Source of the DNA: Acidobacteriota bacterium
Lineage (GTDB): Bacteria > Acidobacteriota > CAIWXX01
Length of the DNA: 64,000 bases
Assembly: GCA_040755995.1 (NCBI GenBank)
Contig: JBFMAF010000012.1
Span: forward strand, 18,500-82,499
Direction: 5' to 3'
The position numbers were made by a program, and so were the translations under genes. The notes beneath the pieces are model-generated. The model did not search any database. It was given only the letters and a program-made list of their open reading frames with translations, and was not told the DNA's origin. The number at the start of each line of letters is the position of its first letter. Position 1 is the first letter of the stretch. Below, one piece after another: positions 10,096 through 18,753 of this stretch.

Positions 10096-11706
10096 CTACC
10101 GTCCCTGCGGACCTCCCACCAGAAACGCCCGGTCGATGATGCGGCCCTCGGACCTGTAGCGCAGACTGCCAAGAGTCTTCATGTGGTCGCGAACGGCGTC
10201 GTACACGAAGACTCCGGTGTCAACTTTCGAGTACGGCTCCAGCCCCATGGATTCGAGGAAATCGAGTAGCTTCTCGGGGAGGGCCACTCGGTAGAGCCCC
10301 ATCGGATACATCGGGTATCCGTCGATCATGACGGATGTGGGATCGATGCGGCTGACCGAGCCCAGGGGCGCCGGCGGCTTGCTCGAGTCGTATGCGAACG
10401 TCAGGCCAGATGACTGCATCGAAAAGCTGTCATCGTATTCGACATACCTCACCGAGAACTCAAGACCCGCGAGGATCTGAAGCCCGACAAGCTGTACCAC
10501 GTAGATCTTGAATCCGAGGCCTGATGTCGGATCGTACCCATACGGGACCGATCGCATGATATCCTCGCCCACCACCTTGCCCTTGTAGACCTTGTGCCCG
10601 ATGTATCCCATGGCTTGAAGCGAGCAGTCGGCTACGAAACCGGCGTTTTCCACCGAGGACTTCATCGCGTCAGCGATGAGATTCCCGACAGGTGTGTCGC
10701 GGTAGGGCGAGCCGGCAGTCCACTTGGCGTTCAGATCCCATGCCGCCGTGGCCACTCGCTCGGTGAAGACCATGCCGAATCGCGCATCATCCTGAATGCC
10801 CCGCTTTAGCGCCGTCACTGTCTGAGCGGTTGTCGGTTCCTCGGGGATATCCGGAGTGATCTGGTGGAGCTTGTAATTCTGCAGGCTCACGGCCTGGCCG
10901 TCGTAATCGACGGCGAGCTCGCCAAGATACTTCCCGTATTCACCGGCTTGAACGATGACCTTGCCGTTTGTCACGATCGGTTGTTTGAGCGCGTCATGAG
11001 AGTGACCGCCGACTATTATGTCGATTCCCGGAACCTGCGAGAGGCCCAGTGTGTCAGCCGCAAGGCCCAGGTGGGAAATGCACACGACGACTTCGCAGCC
11101 CTGGCTGCGGAGCGCCGCCGCTTGAGCCCCCGCCGCCCGGTAAGGATTCCTCCAGAGGGCGGCCACGTCCGATGAGTAGTACTGCGCTCCGGTAGTTGTG
11201 ACTCCCACGATCCCCACCTTGATTCCACCAACATCCTTTATCAGACGAGGCTGCACGAACTGCCTCAGCCCAGGATGATCCTTCAGGTTGATGTTCGCGC
11301 AAAGAAAGGGCATCGCGATGGGAGAGCTCTGCGCGATCGAGCCGCTGATGACACCGGTGAGCACGTCGATCCCCAGGTCGAACTCATGATTGCCCAGGCA
11401 CATGGCGTCGTACAGAGACTCCATGATCTTCAGCTCGGGATAGCCCAGGTACTTGTTGAACTCGAAAGTCCCGACGAAAACGTCGCCTGCATTGAGCACG
11501 AGCACGTTTTCATCTTTGGCCTTCAGCCGCCCGACGAGCGTCGCCATCCTGGCAATGCCGCCGTAGGTATCGGATGGGCCGTACGGAGTGAGAGTGGAAT
11601 GCGTGTCGTTAGTGTGCAGAACCGTAAGAGTTTCAGCCCAGCTCGGTGAGAACGCCGGGAGAAGAACAAACGAAATTAACGCGATGATCCCGATCGAACG
11701 CTTCAT
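10096..11706 (-). CDS. bifunctional metallophosphatase / 5'-nucleotidase (UshA-like), secreted
   Basis: signal peptide MKRSIGII...SWA; LHTNDTH, NAGD, GNHEFD, SHLG, GGHSH; AAGGAGG RBS before ATG 11706. Confidence 0.92.
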   Translation of the reverse strand: MKRSIGIIALISFVLLPAFSPSWAETLTVLHTNDTHSTLTPYGPSDTYGGIARMATLVGRLKAKDENVLVLNAGDVFVGTFEFNKYLGYPELKIMESLYDAMCLGNHEFDLGIDVLTGVISGSIAQSSPIAMPFLCANINLKDHPGLRQFVQPRLIKDVGGIKVGIVGVTTTGAQYYSSDVAALWRNPYRAAGAQAAALRSQGCEVVVCISHLGLAADTLGLSQVPGIDIIVGGHSHDALKQPIVTNGKVIVQAGEYGKYLGELAVDYDGQAVSLQNYKLHQITPDIPEEPTTAQTVTALKRGIQDDARFGMVFTERVATAAWDLNAKWTAGSPYRDTPVGNLIADAMKSSVENAGFVADCSLQAMGYIGHKVYKGKVVGEDIMRSVPYGYDPTSGLGFKIYVVQLVGLQILAGLEFSVRYVEYDDSFSMQSSGLTFAYDSSKPPAPLGSVSRIDPTSVMIDGYPMYPMGLYRVALPEKLLDFLESMGLEPYSKVDTGVFVYDAVRDHMKTLGSLRYRSEGRIIDRAFLVGGPQGR

Positions 11707-12070
11707 CTGGATTCCTCCTTGCGGTAACGGGTGCTGGTCATGTCCCTGTGCTCGCTGCCGGATTGTGTCCAATCTAGGCCCCTTTCCGAGCGCTGTCAAG
11801 TCTGGTGGAGCGAAACGAACGAGTGCACAGTGGATTCGGAGGCGAAGGCCCCGTCAACGCGTGCCCGTACCCGTACCCGAGAAGGAGCGATCGAAAACGG
11901 TTTCATGCTCCGGCCGCCGAATCCGTTATACCCATATTGAGGGGAGAAAGTGTACGCCGGTGCTGCATGCGAGCTGGATCACGTGTGCGTACGCGTCAGT
12001 GCTCCGGCTCGTCGTGAGGCCCGGAGAGCGTAGACGCGATCTCCACCTCATAGAAATCAAGGAGGATCTT

Positions 12071-12904
12071 ATGCGGGGACCCAGAGCGGGGTTCGGGTTT
12101 CTTCTCGCGCTCTTGGTGAGCGGCAGTCCGTTGCTGGCCAAGACCGGGGTTGTCTTCGTCCACGGCAAGGGCGGGTCGAATCTTGCCCAGACGAGCGTGG
12201 CACGAGCCTACTGGACCGAGTCCATGATCAGCGCCACCACCAAGGGCAACACGATTCCGTCCCTGGTGTGCCACTACGATGGGACTCAATACATGTGGGT
12301 GGCAGCCGGACAGGTCGCCGGGCAGATCTCTTCGTGGATGTACGCCAATGCGATAGACGACATCGTGGTGGAGACGCATTCCTTCGGGGGTGTGGTCATC
12401 AGGTGGATTCTCTCCAACCCGAGCTACGATTCCCGATACCCTGCAATCATCAGCCGGATACGCTGGGTCAACTCCATCGCCCCTCCGAACAAGGGCTCTG
12501 AGGCCGCCAATCTTGCCGGCACGCTCTCCGGCTCGTGGCTGACCGGATGGCTCGTTGACTTGGTCGGCCAGAACAACGATTCGACTCGCAACTGCCGCAC
12601 GGACTACATGGCTTATTACAACCAGTACTACTTGAAGGGGACTTCGGGCCGCCCGGCGCTGCCCAAATCTCTGTACAACATCGCCGGGACTGGGCTTTGG
12701 AACGACTTCGCGCATGCAGAGGACTACGGACTGGCGACACTCTCAGGTATCTCAGGCCTGCCCGGCCAGGATGACGGGATGGTCGCGCAGTACAGCGCGC
12801 AGGCAGCTGGCTCTGTCTGGTTCACAACCGACGCGAATCACCACCACAATCGTCGAAACGACTACCGCAAGATCGGCGATACACTCGCCACTGACTTCAG
12901 GTGA
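12071..12904 (+). CDS. secreted alpha/beta-hydrolase (lipase/esterase family)
   Basis: signal peptide; oxyanion VFVHG; nucleophile elbow THSFGG; PNKGSE; DDGMV; ANHHH; AAGGAGG RBS. Confidence 0.85.
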   Translation: MRGPRAGFGFLLALLVSGSPLLAKTGVVFVHGKGGSNLAQTSVARAYWTESMISATTKGNTIPSLVCHYDGTQYMWVAAGQVAGQISSWMYANAIDDIVVETHSFGGVVIRWILSNPSYDSRYPAIISRIRWVNSIAPPNKGSEAANLAGTLSGSWLTGWLVDLVGQNNDSTRNCRTDYMAYYNQYYLKGTSGRPALPKSLYNIAGTGLWNDFAHAEDYGLATLSGISGLPGQDDGMVAQYSAQAAGSVWFTTDANHHHNRRNDYRKIGDTLATDFR

Positions 12905-12912
12905 AGGGGGAA

Positions 12913-14103
12913 ATGAAAGTGCGACGTTCTCATCTGATAGCGTCATTCGCAATAGTTCTGGCCGCTGCACCGCAGGCCCTGCTGGCCTCAGAAGCAGCCG
13001 TCACAGGCAGTTTTCCCGAGGGCCAGCTTTACTCGCCGCCTGAATTCCACGCCCCGGCCCATGTCTCACGCTTCTCGGTGCAGACCCTGGAGCTTGTTGG
13101 TGCGCGTGCGACGGTGGAGGTGATGGCGAGGGGCGAGGGGCCGTTGTGGGTCTGGATCGTGCCGATTGCCGATATAGCGCGTGCGGAGACGGATGCGCGT
13201 GTCGCGTGCACCATTATCAGCCCGGCCGGGCGTGAGCTGGAGGCCGGTGAAGGGAGCGCCCGCGTTCGGGAATTCGATGTGCTGGTAGAGGAGTTTGGGA
13301 TCGACGCCTCGATGGCGCAGAAGGCTTTTGAACTGAGGGAGCCGGAGGCAGGAGTGTACAGGGTCGAGATCCGAAGCGACGTGCCCGCGGTGACGGTGGT
13401 CACCGCCGAGCCTTCCTCCGAGCTCACTCTCAAGACGTGGGCAGGACCGCTGTCGCGACTGCCCGGGGAGCCTGTAGTACTTCACGCCGAGCTTCAGGAC
13501 GGCTCCGCTCCGCTGGCTGGCGGTCACGTGACGGCTCGACTCGCCGCGCCGAACAAGAAGGCGGGCGGTGAGCCCGTCGATCTATTCGACGACGGGCAGC
13601 ACGCAGACGGCGCTGCGGGGGACGGGGTCTACGCTGTCGGGATGAGCGAGCTTGAAGATGGAGGGGCTGGATTCTGGACGGTCCGCTTCGAGGCCCAGGG
13701 CACGGACGCTCGCGGTCTCCCCTTCGCTCGCACTGGCTCAGCTGGTTTCGTGAACGAGCCCGGCGCGGCCCGACTCACGAGAGATTCGGTTACGGCGAAG
13801 TTGGTGAGCTCGCGAGGTGGGCGGTACTTGCGTGTGGAAGCGACAACCAACGTCAGTGCACCCGGTTTGTATCGACTCCAGATCACCGTGGCTGGCGCTC
13901 CCGCGGCCGATGGCACGCGGAGGGCCTTGGCGTGGGGCGAGCTCACCCGGCAACTTCCTGTGGGTCGATCGAAGCTGGCTCTGGAGATCCCAGTCGAGCA
14001 GATACGGGCAGCGGCCGCCGAGCCGCTATTCGTGGATATCCAGCTCGTTGGCCTGGAGCCCATGGGAGTTGCGGGTCGGACCGTGCTCGAGATCACGCCC
14101 TGA
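12913..14103 (+). CDS. secreted beta-sandwich protein with choice-of-anchor-X-like DDG motif
   Basis: signal peptide; LFDDGQHADGAAGDGVYA; directly follows the hydrolase (alternative GTG 12901 overlaps its stop). Confidence 0.75.
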   Translation: MKVRRSHLIASFAIVLAAAPQALLASEAAVTGSFPEGQLYSPPEFHAPAHVSRFSVQTLELVGARATVEVMARGEGPLWVWIVPIADIARAETDARVACTIISPAGRELEAGEGSARVREFDVLVEEFGIDASMAQKAFELREPEAGVYRVEIRSDVPAVTVVTAEPSSELTLKTWAGPLSRLPGEPVVLHAELQDGSAPLAGGHVTARLAAPNKKAGGEPVDLFDDGQHADGAAGDGVYAVGMSELEDGGAGFWTVRFEAQGTDARGLPFARTGSAGFVNEPGAARLTRDSVTAKLVSSRGGRYLRVEATTNVSAPGLYRLQITVAGAPAADGTRRALAWGELTRQLPVGRSKLALEIPVEQIRAAAAEPLFVDIQLVGLEPMGVAGRTVLEITP

Positions 14104-14237
14104 CGTCATCTGCGTTCCCGAGCGGGCGGCGTCGCTGATTGAACGCAGCGAGAGGTCGTGATAGCGTTCTGCGCCGAAGAACATGACCGGGTCTACGGCT
14201 GACATCGGTCCGCGAGAGGACTGAATACGGAGGGCAC

Positions 14238-14891
14238 ATGACGCTGGCATCCCAACAGGCTCTTATAGGGCTTCGCGACCTGTCCACCTTGCAGTGGTAT
14301 GTGATACCACTCCTCGCGCTGGTTCTCTACGTCTACGCGACCGAGATCAAGCGTGCGCGCATCTCGGGTGACTGGAACTCAGTATTCGCTGGTCTCACCC
14401 TGTTCGGTATGGATTGCGTGAACGAGACATGGAACGGATGGGTTCTGGTGCTGACTGGGAGATCGGCCTGCTGGACGGCTCCTGGGCCCACGGCTCTCCG
14501 CACCATGGTGGGTTGGAACATCGAGATCATGTTCATGTTCGCCATAGCCGGGATCGTCTTCTATCACACGCTGGGAGAGGATCGCAGGCACAAGATACTC
14601 GGGCTGCCCGAGCCGTGGTTCTGGGCCGTCGTCTACTCGGCGTTCTGCGTTCTTGTCGAAGTGCTTCTGAACATCGGCGGACTGCTCGTTTGGGAGTACG
14701 CGTTCTGGAACCGGTCGCTTGGAGGCGTGTGGCTGATCTTCCTCCTCGGCTACTTCATCTTCTTTGCGGCGGTCATTCTGGTGACCGGAATGCGCTCCAA
14801 CCGGGGTAAGCTCCTGGTCATAGGCACCATCTACGGGGTGGCGGTCATGATGAACATCCTCGGGATGGGCGCCTTCGGGTGGGTCTACTGA
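14238..14891 (+). CDS. conserved hypothetical integral membrane protein
   Basis: about 6 hydrophobic helices; GMDCVNETWN and VGWNIEIMFMF; GGAGG RBS. Confidence 0.8.
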   Translation: MTLASQQALIGLRDLSTLQWYVIPLLALVLYVYATEIKRARISGDWNSVFAGLTLFGMDCVNETWNGWVLVLTGRSACWTAPGPTALRTMVGWNIEIMFMFAIAGIVFYHTLGEDRRHKILGLPEPWFWAVVYSAFCVLVEVLLNIGGLLVWEYAFWNRSLGGVWLIFLLGYFIFFAAVILVTGMRSNRGKLLVIGTIYGVAVMMNILGMGAFGWVY

Positions 14892-14946
14892 CGACAAGTC
14901 GCGCCCGGGTCATTCCGTACCGCCGTTGGGCGCTATCAGGCCCGGG

Positions 14947-14974
14947 TTGACTCGCCCCGACGTTCGCATAGAAT
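14947..14974 (+). promoter_or_regulatory. putative sigma70 promoter of glnA
   Basis: TTGACT, 16 nt, TAGAAT about 65 nt upstream of the start. Confidence 0.5.
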
Positions 14975-15038
14975 GGCGCAGACGCCGGGAGCCGGAGGCG
15001 GCTGACCCTCGGCCCTGCTGAGTTCTGACGAAGCGAGG

Positions 15039-16382
15039 ATGAACATGAACATCAACACAGGCGACCTGCTCGAGCGGGCGAAAGCCGATGCAGTCCAGTT
15101 CGTGAGTCTGCAGCTGACGGACGTGATCGGCGCGATCAAGAACATCACCATTCCGGTTCACAAGCTGGGCGAGGCTCTGGAACACGGGATCTGGTTCGAC
15201 GGTTCGTCGATCCAGGGGTTCGCGCGCATCTACGAAAGCGACATGTTCATGATGCCCGATGCGAGGACGTATCGTGTGCTGCCGTGGACGGAGGGAGACC
15301 ATCGCGTGGCGCGCATCATCTGCGATGCGTACACGCCGGATGGCGAGCCCTTCCAGGGTGACCCGCGCCGTGTGTTGAGAAACGTGATGGGGCGGGCTGA
15401 GGCCATGGGCTACCGCTTCACCACCAGCTCCGAGCCGGAGTTCTTCCTCTTCCGCAAGCAGGACAACGCCGAGCCGGTGCCGCATGACGTGGCCGGGTAC
15501 TTCGATTTCTCGCCCAGGGACCTGGCGTCCGAAGTGCGCCAGGACATCATTCTTGCGCTCGAGGCGCTTGGGATTGAAGTGGAACGCGGTCATCATGAGG
15601 TCGCGGTCGGCCAGCACGAGATCAACTTCCGCTACGCGGACGCGCTGACAAGCGCAGACGCACTCATGACGTTCAAGTACACGGTCAAGGCCATCGCGCA
15701 GGAGCACGGTCTCTATGGCACGTTCATGCCCAAGCCGATCGTGGGCACCAACGGCTCCGGAATGCACACCCACCAGAGCTTCTTCGATTCTTCCGGTGAG
15801 AACAACCTGTTTTACGATCCCGCCGATCCATATCGGCTATCGCAGCTGGCCTACCGTTTCCTCGCCGGACAGCTCGAACACGCCAGGGCGCTCGCGGCTC
15901 TCGTCGCCCCCACGGTGAATTCGTACAAGCGCCTCGTCCCAGGATACGAGGCCCCCGTTTACATCTGCTGGGGCCAGATAAACCGCTCCGCGCTCATGCG
16001 CATACCCCGATACACCAAGGGCCGAGAGAAGTCCACGCGCATGGAGCTGCGCTGCCCGGACCCAAGCTGCAACCCCTACCTGGCGCTGGCAGCGATGCTT
16101 GCCGCCGGGCTGGACGGTATCGAGCGGAAGCTGGAGGCACCGCAGGCGATAGAGGAGAGCGCATACGAACTCAGCGAAGAAGAGCTTAGAAAGCGCAGCA
16201 TCGGAGTCCTTCCGGGCTCGCTCGAAGAGGCGCTGCGCGAGTTGGAGAAGGATTCCTACTTGCGTTCCGCGATCGGAGATCGCGCGTACTCGGCCTTCGC
16301 ACGCGCCAAGCGCCGCGAGTGGGACGACTACCGTCTCCAGGTCAGCAAGTGGGAGTGGTCGCGGTATTTCGAGGCCGTCTAG
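15039..16382 (+). CDS. glnA: glutamine synthetase type I (GSI-alpha-like)
   Basis: FDGSSIQGF, EPEFFLF, HHEVAVGQHEI, FMPKP, NGSGMHTHQS, NSYKRLVPGYEAP, NRSAL, RMELRCPDPSCNPYLA. Confidence 0.96.
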   Translation: MNMNINTGDLLERAKADAVQFVSLQLTDVIGAIKNITIPVHKLGEALEHGIWFDGSSIQGFARIYESDMFMMPDARTYRVLPWTEGDHRVARIICDAYTPDGEPFQGDPRRVLRNVMGRAEAMGYRFTTSSEPEFFLFRKQDNAEPVPHDVAGYFDFSPRDLASEVRQDIILALEALGIEVERGHHEVAVGQHEINFRYADALTSADALMTFKYTVKAIAQEHGLYGTFMPKPIVGTNGSGMHTHQSFFDSSGENNLFYDPADPYRLSQLAYRFLAGQLEHARALAALVAPTVNSYKRLVPGYEAPVYICWGQINRSALMRIPRYTKGREKSTRMELRCPDPSCNPYLALAAMLAAGLDGIERKLEAPQAIEESAYELSEEELRKRSIGVLPGSLEEALRELEKDSYLRSAIGDRAYSAFARAKRREWDDYRLQVSKWEWSRYFEAV

Positions 16383-17254
16383 ACGCGGCGGGCCCGCGCG
16401 ACCGCACGGGGGTGATCGAGGTTACCCCATTCCACGCACACGTCCCTGAGCCCGCAGGCCGAGCACAGCCGCGGATCGCGGCGATGGGGGCACTCGCGCC
16501 TTATGCCGAGTTGCGCTATTGCGAAGTCGTACTTCACCGGATCGCGCGGATCCAACAGGCGCAGCGATGCTGTGATCTCTGCGGCGGTGGTCCAGTCGTT
16601 GGATCGGCGCGAAGTAAGGCCGAGGAGGCGCCCGATACGCGCCACGTGCGTATCCAGCGGGATCATGAGATCGGCGGGGTCGATGCACTTCCATAGGCCG
16701 AGGTCCGGTGGCTCGTCCCTCGCGACCCATCGCAAGAACATGTTCAGACGCTTGCACGGACTGCCGCGCGCGACGGGATCAGGAAAGAAGAAGCCAAAGG
16801 ACTTCCCCGGTCGAATCCGGGCGCTCTTGGAGATTCCCAACAACTTCGATGAGAAGCTGGCGATCGCCGCGCGCAAATCGCCGCGATAGCCGTCGGCGAA
16901 CACAGCCTCGATCGAGCCCCATTGTCGGAGGACCTCGCCCACTGTCAGCAGCAACAGTCGCAGGTCCGCCGGGCCGTGAAACCGGTGGCAAAATCCACGG
17001 AAGCGCATTGGATGGCGGGCCGTGTAGCCAGGCAGGAAGCCGGCCGGCCCTGGCGTCAGCCGCTCCATCACGAATCGCAGGCTGCGGAAGATCTGCTTCA
17101 CGTTGCCGTATGCGAACTGGGCAGCGATGAACGCCACAACCTCGCGATCCGCAGCGGTCGCGTACTGGTGCGGGAACCATACGGGGTCGCAATCGAAGTT
17201 CTTCGTATCCCGGTGGAGACCGTCCAGGCGGCGCTTCAGCCGTGCCAGTCTCAT
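16379..17254 (-). CDS. TIGR02757 / DUF2400 family protein (HhH-GPD-like) with C-terminal Cys cluster
   Basis: DPVWFPH, DREVVAFIAA-x-AYG, SPCKRLNMFLRW, DLGLW, IPLDTHV, DPVKYDFA; CPH-x6-CSAC-x5-C. Confidence 0.9.
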   Translation of the reverse strand: MRLARLKRRLDGLHRDTKNFDCDPVWFPHQYATAADREVVAFIAAQFAYGNVKQIFRSLRFVMERLTPGPAGFLPGYTARHPMRFRGFCHRFHGPADLRLLLLTVGEVLRQWGSIEAVFADGYRGDLRAAIASFSSKLLGISKSARIRPGKSFGFFFPDPVARGSPCKRLNMFLRWVARDEPPDLGLWKCIDPADLMIPLDTHVARIGRLLGLTSRRSNDWTTAAEITASLRLLDPRDPVKYDFAIAQLGIRRECPHRRDPRLCSACGLRDVCVEWGNLDHPRAVARARRV

Positions 17255-17477
17255 CGCGTGTACTCGCAGTTGGTGCTCTTCACCGCGTCTCCGTGTCGCC
17301 GCGTCACCGCGTCGCCTCCCATCGTGAACTACCACATCTTGTGGCCCCCACTCCGAGGCCGGAACAGCCTATAATGTAGACGTTTGCGCGCCAGTTGTCA
17401 CGAACACGCGGCGCGCCGGCCCGGAATGAGAGTCGAATCGCAATGAAAGCGTCCATGCAGCCAGGGGCTGTTGAGCC

Positions 17478-18680
17478 GTGGTAGCGCCCACTCTCATCTT
17501 CCTCGCGACCTACCTGGTCCTCGCGTTCGGGCGCATGCCCCCGTATCGCATCGACCGGACCGGCGCGGCGATCATCGGCGCCAGCCTGATGATCGCCTTC
17601 GACGTGCTCACGCTCGGCGAGGCCTACGCCGCCGTGAACTATGACACGATCATGCTGCTCTTCGGCACGATGATCGTGGTGGCCAACCTGAGGCTGTCCG
17701 GGTTCTTCTCGGCTGTGAGCGAATGGGTGGTGGAGCACGCGCATAGACCGATCGTGCTGCTGATCTCGATCGTCGCGGTCTCAGGCATCTTCTCCGCCTT
17801 CTTCGTCAACGACACCATGTGCATCGTACTCACGCCTCTGGTGCTCGAGATCATGGCCGCGCTCGGGCGCAACCCGATCCCGTACCTGCTGGCGGTGGCG
17901 ATGGCGTCGAACGTCGGGAGCGTCGCGACGATCACGGGCAATCCCCAGAACATGATGATAGGCAGCTTCTCGGGCATCCCGTACCGGCAGTTCGTCACGG
18001 CGCTCTCTCCCGTTGCCATTCTGGGCCTTTTCGCCACCATAGTGGTGATTGCGTGCGTCTACGGGAAGGAGTTCCGGCTCGACCAGAGGATGACAATCGA
18101 GCGCCGTCCTGCTCGGGTGAATCGCGTGCTCATGTGGAAGGCGATCGCCGCCTCGGTCGGGATGATCGTCTTCTTCTTCCTCGGCTGGCCGGTGCCCAAG
18201 GTGGCGCTGGTGGCGGGAGCGCTGCTTCTGATCACCCGCCGCGTGAAGCCCGAGAAGGTTTATATGCAGATCGACTGGCAGTTGCTCGTTCTCTTTGTGG
18301 GCCTGTTCATCGTCGTGGCGGGCATGGAGAAGACGATCATGTCGAGCGACCTGCCGGGCCTTGTCTCTCAGTTCCAACTAGAGGAGATCGGCTGGCTGAG
18401 CACGTTGACGGCGATTCTCTCAAACCTGGTGAGCAACGTGCCGGCCGTGCTGGTGCTGAAGCCCTTCCTTGCTCACTTCGCGAACCCCACCCGCGGATGG
18501 CTGACGATCGCGATGGCCTCCACACTCGCCGGCAACCTCACAATCCTCGGCTCGGTCGCCAATCTCATCGTCGTCCAGCGCGCACGCCGCACGGTCGAGA
18601 TCACCTTCTGGGAGTATTTCAAGGCGGGCGCACCGCTCACGGTTATCACCATCCTGATCGGCATCCTGATTCTGGGCTGA
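17478..18680 (+). CDS. ArsB/NhaD (SLC13-like) anion permease
   Basis: SAFFVNDT, ASNVGSVATITGNPQN, SNLVSNVPAV, STLAGNLTILGSVAN; multi-TM. Confidence 0.9.
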   Translation: MVAPTLIFLATYLVLAFGRMPPYRIDRTGAAIIGASLMIAFDVLTLGEAYAAVNYDTIMLLFGTMIVVANLRLSGFFSAVSEWVVEHAHRPIVLLISIVAVSGIFSAFFVNDTMCIVLTPLVLEIMAALGRNPIPYLLAVAMASNVGSVATITGNPQNMMIGSFSGIPYRQFVTALSPVAILGLFATIVVIACVYGKEFRLDQRMTIERRPARVNRVLMWKAIAASVGMIVFFFLGWPVPKVALVAGALLLITRRVKPEKVYMQIDWQLLVLFVGLFIVVAGMEKTIMSSDLPGLVSQFQLEEIGWLSTLTAILSNLVSNVPAVLVLKPFLAHFANPTRGWLTIAMASTLAGNLTILGSVANLIVVQRARRTVEITFWEYFKAGAPLTVITILIGILILG

Positions 18681-18753
18681 CCGTGGTCCTGGTGTGACGG
18701 CCGTCACCGCGCGGATGGGGCGTTTCGAGCGAGACTATGTACAGAGGTGTCCC

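Noticed and set aside
14975..15038. Glutamine riboswitch in the glnA leader
   Set aside because: The short leader lacks the glnA-motif consensus as I recall it.
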